Positions 10,213 to 22,800 of a DNA stretch of 32,792 nucleotides are shown one piece after another. Location: the NCBI GenBank assembly GCA_030167865.1, contig JALAGF010001169.1, positions 1-32,792 on the forward strand, in the 5' to 3' direction. The notes below the pieces were generated by a model. It did no database searches, had not been told where the DNA came from, and was given only the letters and a program-made list of their open reading frames with translations. Position 1 is the first letter of the stretch. Each line of letters begins with the position of its first letter. This DNA comes from Craspedostauros australis (lineage: Eukaryota). The translations under genes and the position numbers were made by a program.

Positions 10213-13200
10213 ACAGCCAGCTGCATAGTCAGCAACAAATTTTGAAGATGGGGGGAACAAACAAACCGCCAAACACACAGTTCCGCAGCCTGGGGATGAA
10301 CAACAGTAGCATTAAAGCCATTGTAATTTTGAAATTTTGCACAACAACAACATCGTCATCATCCTTCTCGTATCGTCGTGCGTTCTCCGGTTGTACTCCG
10401 AGCAGATTTGGGCGTACCCTGCCAATACATCGTTGCGCTCCGCTTGGGATACACTGCACGCGGCAACCGATGCTGCTGCTGGTCTTCGTCTCCGTCTCCG
10501 TCTCTGTTGGCGATGGTGTCGCTTGCGCCACTTTTCCTTTACGCCAGAGCTCGCGTCCCCTTTGCGGGTGATCATCCATCAACACACACCAACCACCGCA
10601 CAGCGACACAACTCGGAAAGGGAGCAACCGCGACGTTTCTCCCCGTATCGCTCTTTGTGTCACTTCTTGTGACGCTGGTTTGGGCTTTGCTGGCGCTCGT
10701 GTGGCGAAATCATGGGTTTGCTTTTTGCTTGTGTCATCGTTTGGCGATGTGTCCAAGCCACATGAAGTGCTTGGAGCTCGACACGTCGAACTTTGCACAC
10801 TGTCCTGACATGTCTCGATAGAAACCGGCAAGGGGGAGGGACCCAACACTGCGCGCACAACCTCGCCCCTTAATCCCCTCGGCATCCCCATACAGACTTC
10901 CCCGAATTGGAGATCTCGGCTGATCTTTTTCCGTTCGCTGTGCCGCATCTTGTTGCAGTTCTCATGGTTTCTCTGTTCTGGTTTGACTTGCCTTGGTTCG
11001 GATTGACATTTGTGGGTTGGGTTGGCAGATTCGCTGCGATCCTGGGGCCTCTGCGCTGGTGCATCACTCTGACGAAGATGATACGCGTTCGAGATTGGTT
11101 GTCCTGCAATTCAGATTCTCACGAACACGTTCGAGAAAATTGGAATTGACGATTTAGAGTTCTCAACGAAAGTAGATTATTGGTCAAGTTAGTCACATTG
11201 ATGACGTGGACCACACCAGATTCATTCGTGCCAACATCAGAGTATTGTAGAATGATCGATTGAGTCGGCGCCTGCGACGTGATTCTATTCGCCCTGACTC
11301 TGCCTGCTCTGCTCATTGCGTTGAACACGCTGTTGCTAGTTGCAAACTCTAGGAGGATTGAAGATCGTGGCATGGGAGACTTGTTCTTGCCCAGAGAGAG
11401 GACAAGCTCTCAGCCAGGATTGCAGTATCGAAGCAGATACCACATGGAGGTTTGTGAGTTGCATAGTCATAAGCATCTGCAATGCGCTCAATTGAATCCA
11501 ACATGTCATGGCTTTCAAAGAAAGACGCCAACAACGCCGAATGCCGCGGTTCAGAAGGTGGCGAGAGTTGGTAGTGTTCGCTATACCAGAATCCAGAGAG
11601 TATGGCAGTTGCGATGCTCTACTCTGTAAATCGTATTCTAGAATGTTATAGATGCCACAACACTCGTTTTCCCATCCTATTCTACGAGCTATCTCCAAGC
11701 ATGGATGATGCAGTCACATGAGGTGATGGCACCTCGTCGTCCAAGTTGCCGCGATCATTCCGACATCAAATGCAATAGAATAGTTGTGGAGCCAAGGACG
11801 GAATCAACGCTGTGTGCCACACCACGCCAACACTTCGAGATATGTTTGCATTTTAGTACGTCACGGGCATTGCAACATGTCTGACGGAAGCGCTGCCGAC
11901 ATCTACCCCCGATGCAGATGTGTGATAGCGCAACGTCGCAGCGTGCTCACAGCACGTGTGACATGAATGCCACCCGAAGGCTGAAGTTCCAATGCATCGG
12001 TATGAGGACGACCTAATGTTGCCACAATTCTTGTGAGGTTGTCACAGGCTGTAATTGTCTGGAGAGCACTCTGCTCTGATCTGTGCAAATATGGACGATC
12101 CATGGTAGGTACAGAACACACCGTACTCCACATCTCTTCGCAGAGGGGTATACAACGGCACCTACTCTATCTTGGGTTGTTCTTGGCTGCCTTGTTCATG
12201 CGCGAAGTGTTCCTGCAATCGATCGATGGCAAGATCGCTGATTTGATCCGTCGAGCATCTGAGACCCAAGGCTCAAAATGCTGCCTGCCTCCTGGTGTTG
12301 GCGCAACTGATGGTACGGGATGTATTGTCTGGCGTGTTGTGGTGTGGTACCTCCACGTACGATCGTTGAATGGAGTTCGATCCACCCTGGAGTCCTCATA
12401 GTTGTCGAGTCATTTGCTCTGCGGAGCAGCTCGTGTGCCGCAGACGCACCACACTCATACCGCGCCAACACTATTGCTGCCTTTCTTGGAAATGTCGTGT
12501 CCCAGAGAGAAAAGAAATTGTACATTTCGCGACACCAAGACCGAGTGAACGCTCTGGGCATAGTCGTATCCGTCTTCTTCCGCAGAATCCTCGAGTCCAG
12601 ATGAACTTCTAACCTTACTACACACGACAATGAAGCCGTCGGTATCGTCCGATGGTCATCTCCATCTCTTTCAGAATGGCCAACTCCATTCGACTCTACC
12701 TTGGAAGTACTCTCTGCGATGCACCTGCAGACACACTTGCCCCTTGGCGTTTGATTTTCCGAATGCTCAAAACCAATTTGTCCATCCCAAGACCTCGGGG
12801 GCTCTATTGTCACGGCTCTCAATCTCGTGGAGGTGAAAGATGTTGTTTGTATCCATGGCTTCTTCGGGGTTCCTCCTCTTGGAATGATTTATGAAAAGGG
12901 ACCGAGACAAGAAGGTGCCGCGAGGCATGTGATGGCACCGGCGACAGGAAGAGATGAACCAAGGGGAGAACGACATCCACAACCCCACATGAGAAAGTCG
13001 CGAATTGCGCGCCACATTGTGTCTCCAGTGTGCGAAGTACGAGCCACGGATCGGCGAACTTCTCCATGCGACAGGCGTGTTCACGGTCATCACCGGACCG
13101 GCGGTTCTATTACAGGTGACCGCGTGTGGTTGTGAACTCGTACGACTAGTCGTATTGGTACGGACGTGTTGGAATAGTTTGTATCCAGGAGCATTGTTGA

Positions 13201-13900
13201 GCGAGTGCTCGTCCACCCACGGATCCTGGCTCGCAGTTGCATTGTGTCTCTCGCGGTTGTAGTCGTACCACACTCCAATGACAACAGTACCCCGCCATGT
13301 TCATCCTCGTGTCGTTCACGCAAATCTGTGGGTGGTCCACCCCCAAGAGAGATCGGTCCCAGGCATCGACATGGTGATGGCGCGGATCCCGACACTTTCA
13401 AAAGTAGCGCGAGTCTGACGCAACTGTCGAAGATGCGTTAGCGTGACTTTCCATAGTTGTGGCGGAAAACCGACTTTTTGACACTTTTGACGAACGCTTT
13501 GACGACTAGATCCGATAGATGTTGCGGTCGAGCCAAGCCCGATTTTGTCTCTATATTGTCCGCGCATAATTGCGCCCTACCTTGGGCCTTTCGGACTTGC
13601 CAATCAACGTCAACATTTATTTCTGTTGAAAATGTCTTCACGCACGGTAACGGACTAAATTCATGGATGGATACTTTCGTCCGACAAAGCGGTGAAGCGG
13701 GAAGATGACAAGGGACGATTGATGCTGACCGTGTACGATGCATGGTAAAAGCCACAGCAACGCGGCGGAGCAGCGTTGTGGAGGAACTCGTTTGGTAACG
13801 GATGAAACCAACCTTTCCTTTTTGGCATTTCGCGCCATCCTCGCAGTTCGTAGTGAGCTTCTTGGGTCATCGCAAACGGACTACGGTTGTGTCTCTCGCG

Positions 13901-13930
13901 TTGCGCCGTGTTGCGCCGTGTTGCGCCGCG
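13901..13930. repeat. 10-bp tandem repeat (TTGCGCCGTG)x3, last unit imperfect
   Basis: Read directly, ~300 bp upstream of the 14205 gene. Confidence 0.9.
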
Positions 13931-14102
13931 TGACTTTTCGTGTTGCCTGGCTGAGGTCTTTTGTTCCCTCGTTCTTTCGTCGGTGGAGGCGTGTTGATGG
14001 GTTGACTCTTCACTCCTCTCATAATTTCCAACAATCTCCAAAGAGCAACATACAATCACACACACACACAAACACGCCACCGCCACCACAATCACACCAA
14101 CA

Positions 14103-14134
14103 CACAATCACACAATCACACAATCACACAATCA
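14103..14134. repeat. 8-bp tandem repeat (CACAATCA)x4 in a CA-rich leader
   Basis: Read directly. Confidence 0.9.
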
Positions 14135-14204
14135 CACAAACCAAAGCACACAAACAAGCAAACCAACCACCCACAATACCACCACCACCAACACAATCGA
14201 CGAG

Positions 14205-14873
14205 ATGTCATCAACCAAGTTCCACCAAGACCAACTGATCACCACCATGGTGATGGGATCGGACAGAAAGAAGCGCGGCTCGCGCAATGCCTCGGGCATG
14301 AACGGCAGCAGCAGCAGCCTGGACTACGGATCGCAGCACTCGACATTCACCGTGGAGCCACCCAAGAGCTGCCTGGCAACACCACCGATGACGCAGAGGA
14401 AGGGACGATCACCTTCCACACCCTCCGCAGCTTCCGACGCCAAGCCGGCCAAGAAGTTCCAATTCTGCAAGAGAGTTGCCGTGAAGCTGATCCGGCCATT
14501 GTCCAGCTACACCGAAGACGAGCACGTGGCGACGTGGTACCAGATGGAGGAGATGGACAGGATCAAGAAGGAGGTGAAGGCCACCCTGCGATGGATGATG
14601 AAGAACGAGGACGAGTCGGACGATCCCGTGTACTGCACACGAGGCCTGGAGTGCCGCCTGCCAGCGGCCAGCAAGCAGCGTCAGATGAACAAGCTGTGCG
14701 CACGGCAGACGGTGATGAGCGAGCAGGAGCGCCAATGGTGGGACTTCGACAGCGACACGGACGATCTGTCTCAGAAGTACATCCAGGCCACTCGCCATTG
14801 CCAGACGGCGGCCTTCCGAAAGGGCCGACAGGATGAGCGAGAGGCCAGACAGGTCTACAACTGTGCTGCCTAA
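14205..14873 (+). CDS. Uncharacterised diatom-type protein (KFxF / WY / RGLE / EQxxQW family), paralog 2
   Basis: 222 aa, with an alternative ATG at 14247 in an ACCACCATGG context. Motifs: KKFQF...TWYQMEE...CTRGLE...VMSEQERQW...AFRKGRQD. Confidence 0.85.
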   Translation: MSSTKFHQDQLITTMVMGSDRKKRGSRNASGMNGSSSSLDYGSQHSTFTVEPPKSCLATPPMTQRKGRSPSTPSAASDAKPAKKFQFCKRVAVKLIRPLSSYTEDEHVATWYQMEEMDRIKKEVKATLRWMMKNEDESDDPVYCTRGLECRLPAASKQRQMNKLCARQTVMSEQERQWWDFDSDTDDLSQKYIQATRHCQTAAFRKGRQDEREARQVYNCAA

Positions 14874-16000
14874 ACAACAACCTGCACAAGCACTCACCGC
14901 GCATCTCACACATGACGCATCACAAGGCAGTTTTGCAACCACAAATGCTGTGAAGTACTGTACTACTACGAGTAATACCAGAAGACACACGGGCTCCGAC
15001 AACGCCCGGTTGGGCACACTAGAGGGATACATTATTAATAATAGAGACAAAAGCAGACCGACAACCGACCAAACATTCCCGTATTCAGAGCGTTCTGGTG
15101 CCTTGTAGAGAGAGAGAGCGAGAGTGCGACGCCTCCACTCTCCAACTACTAGAACTACTAGTATTTCACAAGGCAGTTGCACGCGACGCTCCCAAAGAGG
15201 AGACCACCTCCGCCACCAAATCGAAAGCAATCACTGCAGCCAATGAAGGTGGGATGGTTCCGCTCCTCTACGACCTGCGCCATAGATCGCACTCGTCGAC
15301 TTGGCAGACCGATGATTCATTGATGATCCAGTATAGAGTACGACTTACGGTATCACACGTGATGCGATGGCGTTGTTGTCCGTTGTCAACGAAGAGAGAG
15401 CGAGAGAGGTTGCAGTCCGCGTATCGCATGACGCTTGCGGTGTTGGTCTTGATTCAGGAATCCCACTGACCCATTGACCTGTTGTGAGGGTACCACTGCA
15501 CTTAGAGTGGATCGTGCTGTTTGTTATGAACGCATGTGATGGTCTTGCTGCGCATGGATACAATTACTCTGTTTCAGAAGTCGCTGCTTCACTCTGCTGC
15601 ATGGAGAATCCTGGAGAGTACTGGTTCTGTTCGTGTTTGCTCGTCAAGTGCGATCTATTAGCACGGTGGTTGGTTGTGGCAAAGTGTTCCTTGGTCAGCA
15701 AAAACGCGCCACCCGCAAAAACAACGAACGAAGTGCGAATTGGCGGGAAACCGGATACTTGACTCAACTGACCAAACTGAACCATTTTGAAATAGGAAGA
15801 TCCGTCCACGATGCGACACGTGATTCGACAAGCTCAGTCCGGTCATAGAGAAGGGTCATCGCTCACGCCCAACGCGATCCCCATCAGCCAAAGGGGAAGC
15901 GAAGAAGACGGAAGCATGACCGTGCTGCAGTGCACTGCGTTGTGCTGCTCGATGAGAGAGAGTCTGATTGGATGGCTGGATGGTTGGATGAGCAAGCACA

Positions 16001-16065
16001 GAGAAGGAGAGGGAAGCAAGAGGGAAGGAAGAGTGAAGGAAGAGGGAAGCAAGAGGGAAGGTAGG
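16001..16065 (+). repeat. Polypurine tract with duplicated GAGGGAAGCAAGAGGGAAGG
   Basis: Almost pure A/G over ~65 nt with ~10-bp internal periodicity. Confidence 0.85.
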
Positions 16066-16827
16066 TATGAAGTGATCATACCAATACGAGAAGCTCGCGC
16101 TCGTGTCGAGAGGATGTGCATATCATGCATGGTCTGGAGGAATATAGTAGAATAGTTCGTGCAAGGTGAGAATTGTGTTCGTGTTGCGTCTGCAGTTCGG
16201 CAACTGGTCTCTTTGACGAGTACACTCCGACTGTAACATGCAATAGCAAGAGATTTGTCATGATGCTTGTGCAAGCTTGATAGAGAGTCAGCTTTGATGA
16301 CAGCAGCAGGAGCAGCAGAAATGGCTCGCATGGTTAGCGTGCGCAGAGTAGAGCAGAGTTTGTGACGAGCAGGGAAAACACATGGGCGCACGCAGAAAAC
16401 TCGGGACGGAGATAGGCCCAAAATGCCAACAGGCACAATTCCTTCTCTGCGTGGCGAAGCCGATCCGACCAACCAAAACAACGCACAACGCGACGCGCGG
16501 AATGCGCACAGAGAGCCATGTGATGGGGTGCGACACACCGTGCAGTTGCGCCGTTGAGATTTTCGCCATCTCGTTTCTTGCTCACTCCAATGTGTGTGTG
16601 TTGACTTGTGCGGTTTTCTTGGTGCTTTGTCGAATCTGCATCCGCATCTGTTTGTGAATGTGCATCTGAATGTGCATCTGAATGTGAATGTGCATCCGCA
16701 TTCCCATTGGTATCTCTGTCACTCCCACTCTCATCCGCTGTCTCATCCTCATCCTCATCCTCCGTCTCATTCTCACTTGCAACAGCACAAGCAGAAGTGC
16801 AAGGACAAGCAAGAGGAGACTGGATGC

Positions 16828-19800
16828 ATGAAGGACACGTGTCATCCTGTTGATCATCAGCAGAAGCATCAGCAGAAGCATCAGCAGAATCAGCGCCAAC
16901 AGGCGAAGAAGGTTCAGTCATCCACACTGGCATCCACGCCAACTTCCACGCTGGCCAAGACAAACACACAGAAGACCCTGTCAGGCCACAAGTCTCCCAC
17001 ATCGACGACAGCAGCAACAGCAGTATCTGTATCAGCAACAGCAAGAAGAAGAGTTCTTGATCCCCCAATCCACAGCGGAAGCGCAAGCCCCAAAAGGCGC
17101 GAAAAGTCTCGCTTGAGACCGTCCGTGTCTCCCAGAACCAGGCGCAAGGCCCCAACGACGCCCACCAGGGAGGACAGGGCTGCCACTCCTTCGCCTTCTT
17201 CGTCTTCCAGGCGCAAGTTCCTTCGCAGGGGCACGTCTTGGAGATCCACCATTGGTCGTCGATTGACCATCACGGCTTCATCTGTGAGTGGAAGCGCAAG
17301 TGGAAGTGGAAGCGCAAGTGCAAACAGCGATCACAATCGCAACAGTCATAGCAACAACAACAGCCATAACAACAACAACAACAACAACAACGGAGACTCC
17401 AATCGAACAACCACAAAGACATCATCGCCCGGCGCAAGTAATGGCATGCAGAACGGTCAGCCTCCCTCTTCGACGCCCACCTCGGGGACCACCAAGCACC
17501 CCAAGCGCAAGTCCACCGTCCTCAATGCATCGCGCAAGGTGGTCACCACGGTAGGTCGGCCCCTGCGTGCGGTGGGACGTGCTGTCTCCGGCAATCGCAG
17601 GCGCACCGGCAGTCACGATGAGGTGGACATTGCCAAGGAGGTGGCCAATGCCAACGCCGCCAACTTGGCCAGACGCAACACTCCTTCGCCAACCATCGCG
17701 AGCAGCGCTGCGCAGATGCCGATCATCAACGATGTCACCAACGATGCCACCGCCAACGATGTCACCACCAACGAGGCCACCCAAGAGAACAACAACGGCA
17801 ATGGCAGCAACAACAACGAAGGAACCACCAAGTCGGTGGACTCGCTGCAGTCCGATGCCGAAAGGAGCTCGTCTCCCAGCGACAATGACTTGCATGCGAC
17901 ACCTCCGTTCCAGGATTCCATCATGACGCCTTCGTCGTCCACAGGAACGGCTACTTCTGCACCCACGCTTTCAGCAACACCCAGGGGAGGAATTGCTGTG
18001 GGGCTCGATGCGCACAGGATGCCCCTTCCCTCCATCAACGGAGCTGTTCCCGGATCGCATTACGTCGATGTCTCTGTCGCATCCAACAACCCAACAGCAC
18101 TGGCAATGACTCCTTCCTTGCGCGACACTCAGCAACACCACATCAACCAACAACATAGAAGCCAACAGCACAACAGCCAACAGCACAATATCCACAACAT
18201 GGACGCCTCCCAGGGCACCCTCACGCAGAGCATGTTCAGCGCGAGCCAGGCGCCGACCCCAGATCCCAACGATGATGTCACCAGCAGGGTCGGCAACGAC
18301 AGCGCCGTCACGGGCATGTCCATCTCGGAAATGCCAACGCTCTCGGAAACGGATGTCTCCGTTCAGGCGGTGGAACGCGTCCTCAGAGAGGTCGTCTTCC
18401 TCTCTCTCGCCTACCTCATGGGCACCATCAGGCCGGAGTTCACCTTCCTAGTGGGAAAGACCATCGAGTACTCCTCCATCGCTTGGATCACATGTCTCGT
18501 CATTCTCGTTTCCTCATGGTTGCAGCAACCGCCTAAAATTATTCATCACGGCCACATGCAGCATCAGCATCAACAATCGCACCATGAGCAACTCCAACAG
18601 CATCAACAACAACAACAGAGGCGCGAGCTTTTGCACTATGGTGGTCATTCGCAGCAGCAACAACAAGCTGCACGTCAGATGTCAACATCGATCCAAGATA
18701 GGGGGTTGTTGCATTCCCCGGCTCCAACTGCTTCCACCTCCGCGTCCGTGCCGGCATCCATGTCTTCGCTGCCGCAATTTGTGCAATCTCCAACACCTCC
18801 CAAACACAATGTGTTGACCAAGGATGCCCTTCTCCTCAACAACGGTAACAACGGCAGTAGTACCAACAACGGCAACAGTACCAACAACAACGATACTGAC
18901 AGGGGCACCACGGATGGCTACGACAGCAACATCAACACCAAGGCCGACAGCCTCTCGACCAGCAACCCAATCAGCAGAGGCAGCAGCTTCATGGACGAGA
19001 GCTTGTTTGATGCCAGCACGGCGCCCGATCGACAGATCTCACTCTGTCCATCCAACACAAACCTATCCACGTCCATGCTCAGCGATCTAGGTAACAACGA
19101 TGATACCCACAAATCGGGATCCTTGGAGAATACCTTGCATTCCACCAACTCCTTGCCTGCGACTGCAACCACAACAGATGGACCTGCTCCTTCTGCTGCT
19201 CGTTCTGCCGCACCTTCTGCTGCTCAGTCCACAACGACAACCGCAGCATCAGATGCAAACGCCGCGACTCCCCAAATATTGACAGACGCGGATCTTCTGC
19301 CGCATCCGTCCCTGTCGCCCTTCTACATCATGGACGACGTCGCCAAGCAACGCATCTACCCAAACGCTGCCAAACCAACGCACATATCCAACGAATTCTT
19401 CGAGATGGACATGCTCGTCATCATCCGCACGCCCGACGTCGATGACCCCAAAGCCACCAAGGGTAAGCCATCCAACGCGCGCATTGCCAACTACCTGCGC
19501 GAGCGACAACGTCGCTTCGAGTTCCAGTACCAGATGAGGGTCAAGAAGGTGCCGCCCAACAAGGCATTCTACTTCTCCTGCGAACTCGATGAACCCATCA
19601 AGATGGGACTAATCCAACGCGCCTTCGTCGGGGCCTCCATGGCATTCATGAAGTCCACCAACCCCACCTTCCATTACTCCACCATGGGATCCAAGTACTC
19701 AGCAGATGGCAAGTACGAGAAACCCCACATGTCCTTCACCGTGGAAGGCTCGCTGGATCGTCTCGTCGTCACCAAGCCGGGAGAGACGCCACCGCAGCTG

Positions 19801-22800
19801 GGATCAGAAATTTACGAGCCGCAGGAGCACATCAAGAAGCGCAAGAAGGGAAACTTCATCAAGTGGAACACCACGGACACCTACACCATGGCCCTGTGGA
19901 GCGCCTACGTGGACTTCTTGGACTGGAGGGTCATCAACCTGCCTGGCATCCGACCCTTCCTCCTCACCTCCGTCCTCGGTGATCAGGCCTTCTCCGTCTC
20001 CTTCTACATGATCGACGAGGATAAGGCCAACGAGAAGCATTATCGCAAGGACATCACGGAGGTCGTCAACCTCGAACTCTGCAACGTCAACAAGGCCGGC
20101 ACGGGCAAGCTGGCGACCACCTGGATCGCCTCGCAGAAGGAGCTCAAGAAGAAGAAAAAGGCAGCGCAAGCTGCCGCCGCTGCGAGTGCCGCCGAACGTG
20201 CGCAGAAGGCCGATCAGTCAGCAGCAGCAGCAGTCACTGATGCGAACACGACGGTGACGCCGAAAGCACCGGCATCAACTGCAGCTCCTGCGGTTACGGC
20301 TGCACCAGCAGCAACTCCGGATTCTGCACAATCACTATCAGTGTCGACATCGATCTCGATCGCCACGTCCCCCGCGGAAGCGAGTCCCAAAACGCCCGCC
20401 ATGCCATCGTCTTCCCAAACAGCACCGGCATCCCTGACGGCTGGCGGTGCTCCAAGGATGCCAGACTTCCGCAAGAAGGCCTCATCCCTCGAAGAGAACG
20501 ACGAGGTTTCCTACGTCGACGACTCGGACGCCATGGTTGCGTCATCATCGACATCGCAGAAGGGAGCGCCAACATCAGCGTCGACCACCGGATCTTCCGA
20601 TGCCTTCGTCTCCAAGCAGAGCAACCTGGACATGGATGATGACAACGAGGATGAAGATGCCGCCACCGCCGCAGAGCTGGGACAAGGTCTTTACCTGCAA
20701 AGTGGCGACACCATCACCCTCAAGCAATTCGTGGAGCATGAGGATGATGACAATGACACAGCCTTCGCCATCTCGAACGGTGCAGGGTTCGCAGTCTTGC
20801 AAAATCAAGGCGACTGTGTCGTCACCATTGAGAAGGCGCGCAAGAGCCGGCGCAACAAGCTCATCAAGGCCGGTGACACGGTCTACTTCAAGGCACGTCA
20901 GAAGCGCCACAACGAGTACGAAACGCGCTACCTCACGATCCATCGCGGTTGGTGGCTCAAGTGGGTCAGCCGCCTGCCCAAGAAGAACGGTCACTTCACC
21001 ATCTGCAGCGCCGACAAGCAATCGGAATCGTCCTACCTCAGTCTGGGAAGCGCCTTCAAGCTGCGTCATAAGCGCTGGTCCAGCTACTACGTCGGCGTGG
21101 CCAACGAACCATCGCCCACGTACGGTGGACGGTTGCTGGCACTCTACAACTCCGACACCTCGAAGAACAGCAACAACAACAACAGCAGGAATGTTGCCGA
21201 GGATGAGTACGATTCGGAGGAGGGTGAAGGTGGTGATATCGATGGACCAATCGTGTCCAACAAGAAGAACTGGATGAAGATCTTGATCCTGTATGCGGAT
21301 GATGCTGCGCCTGCCGGGACAATACCCGCTGGGACAATCTCGAAGGACAGCGTGGCCATGCAATCGGCGGATCCGCATGCGGCGAGTCAGATGCTGAAGA
21401 AACTCAAGTTCTCCAAGGAGGATGCACGCATCGATGTCCCCGCGTGGATCGAGATGATGAACCGCACAGAGAGGATCCGGCAGCTCACCTACGTGGTCCG
21501 CATTAACCACCCGAAGGACGAGCAGCCAACGACCTCGCCGTCCAGCTTGAATGCAAACGAGGCATCTGGATCGTTCCCTCACACCACATCAGTACGGTTG
21601 CGCACAGGACGAGAGCTCGCCCCTCTCATGCGGTACGGTCTCACCCATCGCAGCGTGTCAGAGGGACCAGCGGCAACACGAGAGACGCATCGCAGCGATC
21701 GCCGGCGTCTTTCCACGTCGTTCCACATTCGTGATCCGCCCAAAGCAGCTCCGCTGTCGTCACGCGCAACGTCCACCGACGGCGCGGCGCATCCTCTGTC
21801 ACCGGACAGGGACGTTGCGTTGAGCTTGAGCCCACGTCATGCGAGATCAATAGACAAATTCATGTCCCGCGGCACTTCATTCGACGATGACTCGGTGAAA
21901 GACTACGAAGGTGATCTGTACGGCGATTGCATGGAGGCGGAGTCCATCAACTCGGCCGATTTCAGCGTCGAAATGGCGAACGTTGGATCGCACGATGAAT
22001 GGGCCGATACCGGCTATCCCGATGAAGCAGAACCAGACACAGAACCGGAAGCGGAAGCAGAACCCGAATCGGAAGTCGAGCAGGAGCCAGAGCTGGACAA
22101 CTCCAAGAATGGCGGACGCATGAAGCGCGGCAAGATGCTGATCGGGAAGGTGGCGAAGAAAGCCAAGGACGTCACGGTGGCAACTGGCAAGACCGCCGGC
22201 AAGGTCGTCGTCGGCACCACCAAGCTGACCGGCAAAGTCGCCGTGGGGACGGGCAAGGTGGCCGTCGGGACTGGAAAGATGGCCATGAGACAGAGCAAGA
22301 AGGTGGTGCGCGGTTCCGTCAGCACCGGCAAATCGGTGATCCAACGAAAGCCGAAGAAGAACCCTCGCCAGGAGCCACGTACCAAGGCGGTCTTCAAGGA
22401 CAAGAAAAGCCAGGATCAGACCAAGCACGTCGAGGTCTCGAAGGAGATGAAGAAAATCGGACGAAGCCAGATGAAGATGTCGAACGAGATCCTGGCGGGC
22501 GAGCTGTGCGCACCCGAGCAATCGTGTCGCATCGCATCATCCGTGCTGTCGAAGATGTCGAATCTGGATCCGACCGCTGTCATGTGGGCACGTTTCAACG
22601 ACCTGCTCAAGAAGCAGCTGTCCATCGACACGGAACAGGATCGCTGGTTCTTGCAGGGCAACCATGTCCACATCGGCGTGACACCGCTGTCGCGCGGCGA
22701 GAAGCTCCACGACAGCCTGGTGGCGCGGTGTCTGTGGGAGAGCCATTGGAGGGAGGAATGGTGCGGCGTATACAAGAGCTGCATCTCGTTCTACTCCCCG

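Noticed and set aside
12196-13273. Minus-strand ORFs of 208 and 168 aa in the long spacer
   Set aside because: No family motifs, and the composition (R/S/H/W-rich) is typical of non-coding translation.
16594-16827. ORF-track start of the 2475-aa protein
   Set aside because: The codon is GTG inside a TG run; a eukaryotic start is more likely at ATG 16828 or 17446.
20575-21582. Long antisense ORFs over real genes (also 24469-25290, 14409-15230, 5305-5994 alternative frame, and others)
   Set aside because: Expected shadows of GC3-rich coding sequence; no independent motifs.
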